Position numbers and translations under genes: made by a program. From contig JAKLZA010000039.1 in the NCBI GenBank assembly GCA_030704615.1, forward strand, positions 1-12,000: DNA of 12,000 nt. The letters run 5' to 3'. This document shows positions 6,961-12,000 of this stretch, one piece after another. Source of the stretch: Takakia lepidozioides (lineage: Eukaryota > Plantae > Bryophyta). The stretch's first letter is position 1, and every line of letters starts with the position of its first letter. A model generated the notes under the pieces. It did no database searches. It was given only the letters and a program-made list of their open reading frames with translations, and had not been told where the DNA came from.

Positions 6961-7900
6961 GAAGGCATTTGCCTTCTGGACTTGTTTGGCGGGATCAGCA
7001 CCGGATTGGCTGCTGTGCTACAGGCAGGTGTCGGGTAAGGCGTTACCTGTATGTGGAGAGGGATGAGACTGCACGACGCGTCTCACTGCGCCATGTGCTC
7101 AGTTGGTACAGCAGTACCCTGACTTGTTGCCGTGTCTGCAGTTCGTGGATACCAACAAGCCTTGCCAGCAGACATTCGTTGCTGGGGGCGCAGATTTGGA
7201 GCAGGTTGGCTCCATTGATCTGTAGTGGCAGGTTGGCCCTGCCAAGGGCATTCATCAGCCGGGCATGGCAATGGATTTGCGAGACTCGAGGACGGGTCTG
7301 TTTGGGAGAGTGCGGATTTTGCGCCACTTGCAGCTTCATCAAGCTGTATCTCCAGCATACATCTTGGAGAGAATGCCACTGATGGGTGATTCTCGGGCCA
7401 GGGTGATGGCCAGTGTGCATCAAGTCCGGTCGTGGCTTGGGTCAGCAGTGTTGCTGGATGCAGCTGCAGTGGGGTCACGGGCTCATCGTCCACGACTATG
7501 GTGGACTAACTTGATGCCACCCGCACTGCTCAAGCGTGCATTTGATGGGGTGCAGCGGCCAGCACACCTCACCGTGGATGGCATTTTGGACACAGGAAGG
7601 CAGTCTCAACGTGTGAGACACGATGACCGTTCGCCTTTGGCAGTGGTCAACAGGGTGGGTCAACCACGAGCAGCATTACCTACACTGCTCAGCTCCCAGG
7701 ATCCCATGCTTTTCGGGATGGTGGACCTGGCCTCCTGTGGGATGCTCAGTTGCAGCAGTTAGTGGAGCCTAATGCCGACGAGCGAGAGCGGGCTATGGGG
7801 TTTTCCACTGGGACCACGGCGGTGCCTTCTTTCTGAGGCATCACGTCGTCAGGTGTTGGGGCAAGCAATGGATCTCAATTGCTTGACCTGGATTATCAGC
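6961..7900 (+). CDS. Pol-embedded C5 DNA cytosine methyltransferase, DNMT3-like (frameshifted)
   Basis: Motifs occur in canonical order across frames: I LLDLFGGISTG (6973-7005); II YLYVERDETA; III ALPADI; IV IDL.VAGWPCQGHSSAG (PC at 7237-7242); V RDSRTGLF; VI YILE(RM)P (~7358-7378); VIII LLDAAAVGSRAHRPRLWWTNL (~7451-7513); IX ERERAMGF; X SEASRRQVLGQAMDL. Confidence 0.92.
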
Positions 7901-8360
7901 TTGGCTATGGCTGAGCAACGTAGAGTGCGGAGTGCACTTCCCTTGACGGTCTCTCTGCCTACCGAGACGGTACAGGCAGCGAGTGGGGGCGAGCCGGTGA
8001 GGACCACGGGTGTAGACATCCATGGCACATGTGGGAGGTGCTCGAGGTTCAGAGGGAGTTGGCAGCAAGGCAGCTGTGATGGATGAGGTTGGGGATTCTT
8101 CTCGGGATGAGGAGGTTCTCAATGATGAGATGATGGGGCAGGATGAGGCCTTGTCATTGACTGAGCAGGAAGGGGGTACTGCTCAAGAGGTTGCAGCATA
8201 GCAACCACGGGACGCGTCCTCTACCTCTAAGCCCACTGGACTTAAGGTTGCAGTTACGGAGGACAATTGGGAGCCTGACATTGGACCCATTGTCACCGGA
8301 GGAGAGAGACGACGTATACGGCGGTTCCTGAGGGCTTACAGGAATTGCTTTGCCTTCAGT

Positions 8361-9040
8361 TTGAAGGACTTGGGAGCACTGAAGGGTCAAGAGATCCGTA
8401 TTGAGTTGGCCACTGACACGCCAATCTTTCGGAGACCCTATAGATACAGTGACATGGAGAGGTCTTTGATTCAGATGAGGACTCAAGATCTCTGGGAGGC
8501 AGGTTTGGTGGAGCTCTCTGGTGGAGAGTATGCTTCAGCCACAGTGATGCCAGCTAAGAAGGATGTCTATGGCAAATGAGAGACGTATGTGCGGTGATTA
8601 CCGGCCTGTAAATCGTCAGACCAAGTCCGATAGGTATGCCATGCCAACACCAGAGGAGATCTTTGATGCCATTGGGCATTCCAAGGTCTTTAGCACGTTG
8701 GATTTACGATCCGGATATCACCAGTTGCCGATCAAGGAGGCGGATAAGCAAAAACGGCATTCTGGGGGATCAATGAGCACGGGAAGGATTGCCTATACCA
8801 GTGGCGGTTCTTACCATTTGGGCTTAAAAACGCTCCCGCTGAGTTTCAAAGAGTCATGGACAGGATTCTAGCAGGGGTGGAGTTTGCTCGGTGCTACATA
8901 GATGACATCATCATCTTTAGTGCTACGGAGGAGCATGAGAGACACCTTCAGGGGGTATTTGAGCGCTTGAGGACGCACGGATTGAAGTTACATCCGGGCA
9001 AGTGCAAGTTTTTCCACAACCAGATTGAGTCTGGGTCACA
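8361..9040 (+). CDS. pol: Pol: reverse transcriptase (frameshifted)
   Basis: PIFRRPYRYS, RMCGDYRPVN, FSTLDLRSGYHQL, KTAF, LPFGLKNAPAEFQ, CYIDDIIIFS (YIDD 8895-8906) and GLKLHPGKCKF. Confidence 0.97.
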
Positions 9041-9319
9041 TGATATATCCTGGAGGATTGGGGGTACAGCAGACTAAGGTAGAGTCCATTGCACAGGTTC
9101 CACGCCCCACGGATGTGAGCCGAGTTCGAGCTTTCATGGGGTTAGCAAACTATTACAGACGGTTTGTTAAGGGATTTAGTGCCATTGCAAAGGCTCTAAC
9201 CAAGCTGACCAAGGTGGACCAGGAGTGGCAGTGGGAAGATGAGCAAGAACAAGCTTTTCAAGAGCTCAAAGGCGAGGTTGACCTCGGCGCCCATCTTGAG
9301 ACGACCTATCAGGGGGCGT

Positions 9320-9680
9320 CCTTTTCAGCTGCATACAGATTGGAGCATGCTGGGGCTTGGAGCGGTGCTCACACAGGTGGATGATGAGGGAAGAGAGTTC
9401 GTAGTGGCTTATGCTAGCCGCTCGAACAATGCTGCAGAGTCTAAGTATAGCTCATATGGAGAATGCTTAGCTGCAGTGTGGGCCGTGGCACACTTCAGGT
9501 GCTTCTATACGGCAATCTCTTCACCCTTGTCACGGATCACCAACCACTCAAGTGGTTGATGGAGTCAGACAAGCTTACGGGGAAGCTTGCACGGTGGGCA
9601 CTCATCCTTCAAGAGTATGACTTTCAGGTGGTGCATCGACCGGGTTTGGTCAATCGAAATGCAGATGGGTTGAGTCGCAA
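9320..9680 (+). CDS. pol: Pol: RNase H (Ty3/Gypsy type)
   Basis: FQLHTDWSMLGLGAVLTQ, VVAYASR, ECLAAVWAV, FTLVTDHQPLKWL, KLARWALILQEYDF and NADGLSR. Confidence 0.95.
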
Positions 9681-10049
9681 TCCATGCACGAGCCAGCAGG
9701 ATGACACTGGAGCTCGGTGGCATGGTGAGACGGACGAGGAGATGGTGCCCGGATGGCATGCATCTGCATTTCTGTGTATCTTGGCAGCGGAAGGCCAGGT
9801 TGGACCACAACAGGGATGACTGTAGATCAAGTGTCTGAGGACCCTGAGGCCAGCAATGAGAAGGGTGGCGCCAAAGATATACATGAGGATTCAGTTGTGT
9901 TGGACTACCTCCGCACTGGAGACACGGCAGCCACTATGACTGCCAAGGAGAGGGATCGGATCCTACAACGAGCCAAGAGGTTCAGGTGGGAGGGGACACA
10001 CCTGCTCCGAGTGTGGGAGGATGGTCGAGTGAGGATTGTGCCTCACCCA

Positions 10050-11130
10050 ACACAGCGGGCACGGTTAGTGCGGCATGCCCATGAGGAGTTGGGGCATTTT
10101 GGGGGTGCGACGCACTCATAGTCTACTGCAGGGGCAGTATTGGTGGCGTGGTATGCACACAGAGGTGCAACAATTTGTGGCTAGGTGCATGGTGTGTGAC
10201 AGGGTGCGTGCTTCATTCAACGCCCCTACTCCACAATTGCACCCTCTTCCGATCATGGGATTGGGCTACAGGTGGAGTCTTGACTTCGCAGGGCCGTTGC
10301 CACTGACCATGCGCCACAACAAGTACGTGTTGGTGATGGTGGAGCACTTCTCCAAGTGGATTGAATTGGTTCCATTGCCTGATAAGGCTAGTGAGGGAGC
10401 TGCGTATGCATTCTGGATTGTGTGCTTAGCCGATTCGGTGCTCCAGCTGAGGTACTCACGGACCAAGGGAGAGAGTTCTTGGGGGAGTTTCAGGCTTTGT
10501 GTGACAAGGCCTTGATAGACCACCGCACCACTTCTCGGGATCATCCTGAAGCCGATGGCTTGGCAGAGAGAGTTGTTCAGACAGTAAAGAGGGGTTTGCG
10601 CAAGTATGGCTTGCAGAAGGGACACCTAGGAGATTGGGACCTTCAGTTACCCTGGTTAGCCATGGGCTACAGGTTCAGCAAGCAAGCATCACTTGCCTCC
10701 TTCTCACCATACTTTCTTCTCTTTGGCCGAGAGCCGGATTTGCCTACATCCATTCGCAGAGAAGCTGCTACAGTTCTTAACCTTGACGATCCGGACGTGT
10801 GGGCACGTGCATGTGAGCAGCGTGCAGAGTTGTTCAAGAGAGTCATGCCATGGCTTTCGAGAACCTTGCCATTGCACAACACCGTGATACGTTGAGGTAT
10901 GCTACCATACGTGGTGGGGGCTATCGTCCTGGGGTTCGGAGATTCACAACCCTGGTACTATGTCTATCTGCAGCAGACTGCTCCTACGACCCTGGATGTG
11001 ACTGCAGGACGTGTTATTTTGAGGGTTCGAGAGGTCTTGCCCTCAGGCGTCTTGGTCTTGGAGGGTCGGGATGGCATCACTTGGAAGGACCATGTGCGTA
11101 ATTGTGCGCCATGTCACCTTCCGAATGTCG
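10050..11130 (+). CDS. pol: Pol: integrase (HHCC, DDE core and C-terminal region; frameshifted)
   Basis: Zinc-binding HEELGHFG...CMVC. Catalytic residues: D in WSLDFAGP (10282), D in LTDQGREF (10461), E in DGLAERVVQ (10566). SPYFLLFGREP follows. Confidence 0.95.
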
Positions 11131-11177
11131 ATGGCAGGATTGACCCAAACCTGGCAGTGGTATCTGCAGGTTTGAGG

Positions 11178-11312
11178 TGCATGTTGTGTGGGTCTGCTAA
11201 AGGGGCAGCCACCATGCTGGTATGTGATCGGTGCTCTAGAGGTTGGCATATGGGATGCTTGACTCCACCTCTTGAGATGGTTCCGGATGGGGATTGGTTC
11301 TGTCCACATTGC
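11178..11312 (+). CDS. PHD finger (C4HC3) at the polyprotein C-terminus; stop codon at 11319-11321
   Basis: CMLCGSAKGAATMLVCDRCSRGWHMGCLTPPLEMVPDGDWFCPHC contains all eight zinc ligands and the typical CL.PPL..VP.G.W.CP.C signature. Confidence 0.95.
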
Positions 11313-11568
11313 ATTGGATAGTGGGAGTGAATACAACCATGGAGGCTAACAAGAAACACAAGGCCCAGCTACTAGGAGACCTTGAACACACGAGATCTTG
11401 GCTCAAGTTCATAGATTGCAAGACGGCGACTAACGATGGGGCTACTCTTGTACCCGGCCTCTTGGTTGATAGAGTTTGAGCACGATAAAGACAGTGATAG
11501 AGGACTTAGTACGGCTGTGGCTATTACATCTTGTAGCTATCTGGAGGTAGAGGACCTATCCACCAGCT

Positions 11569-11578
11569 AGGGGGGCGA
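11569..11578 (+). promoter_or_regulatory. Polypurine-tract-like sequence AGGGGGGCGA
   Basis: A G-rich purine run followed by T-TGTG. It lies 87 nt upstream of the start of the repeat shared with the 5' LTR. Confidence 0.45.
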
Positions 11579-11665
11579 TTGTGCTAGACTACTTTATTGT
11601 GCCTATATGTGTGGTGTGGTCTGGACAGCATGTAGTTGTGTAGCGATATGTATGCGCACGACAGC

Positions 11666-12000
11666 TGTCAAGTTAAATAAGCACAGTGTGAAAACAGTTA
11701 GAATAAAACTAGTTATTTGTATTTAACACTTGGATTTAGGTCAAGTGTTAAATCAGGTGTCAAGTTTAGTTTGACACCTGGTCTGTCTTATCTTCACGAG
11801 AGCGGCAGTCGCGCAGCTCATCTCTCTCGAGTTGAGCCTGCGCGACCGAGCTCCTGCATGTGTTTAGGTTTTAGTGTGCTTATGTAGGGATACAGGTTGT
11901 TGTGGGGTGGAGTCCCCATAGCTTGGGGTGCCCCTGGCTCGACTTCAGTTTCAATGAGTGATAGCGATGGATTTTATATTTCTTGTGTTGGGAGTGTATG
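11666..12000 (+). repeat. 3' LTR (partial, predicted to end about 21 nt beyond the window)
   Basis: Copy of 151-485 at a constant offset of 11515 nt. Confidence 0.95.

Larger units (their letters stand above)
151..12000 (+). mobile_element. Ty3/Gypsy LTR retrotransposon (no chromodomain; carries a DNMT and a PHD finger); 3' LTR cut by the window end
   Basis: Direct terminal repeats start with TG at 151 and 11666. Domain order gag-PR-(MTase)-RT-RH-INT is Gypsy-type. Gypsy RT motifs LDLRSGYHQ, LPFGLKNAP and YIDD are present. Confidence 0.97.

Noticed and set aside
6961-7900. Bacterial restriction-modification methyltransferase or contamination
   Set aside because: The domain is collinear with protease and RT inside an LTR pair, has DNMT3-like motifs VIII-X, and has no neighbouring nuclease or prokaryotic gene context.
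4197-11479. Numerous short minus-strand and alternative-frame ORFs over gag-pol, including 11294-11479
   Set aside because: They are shadows of the GC-rich coding strand or frameshifted pieces of the polyprotein, with no independent motifs.

Overview
The window holds one nearly complete plant Ty3/Gypsy (Metaviridae) LTR retrotransposon on the + strand, from about 151 to just past 12000. The host is probably a non-seed streptophyte (inference). The two LTR copies (151-485 and 11666-12000) differ at only 2 of 335 nt. The internal order is: 5' LTR; an 18-nt PBS-position sequence complementary to the LTR itself (candidate self-priming); a ~1.9-kb mosaic of host-gene fragments (MAD1, ISD11/LYRM4, RPS18 and unidentified pieces); A20; an unknown 254-aa extra ORF; a hairpin-rich leader; gag with two zinc knuckles; aspartic protease; a DNMT3-like C5 cytosine methyltransferase domain (motifs I-VI, VIII, IX, X); RT; RNase H; integrase; a C-terminal PHD finger; 3' LTR. 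Gag-pol is broken by more than 20 small indels, mostly 1-nt deletions, which may be sequencing errors or real decay. The main point of interest is the combination of a DNA-methylation writer, a chromatin reader and captured fragments of essential host genes in one young element. All protein identifications come from motif recognition, not database searches.
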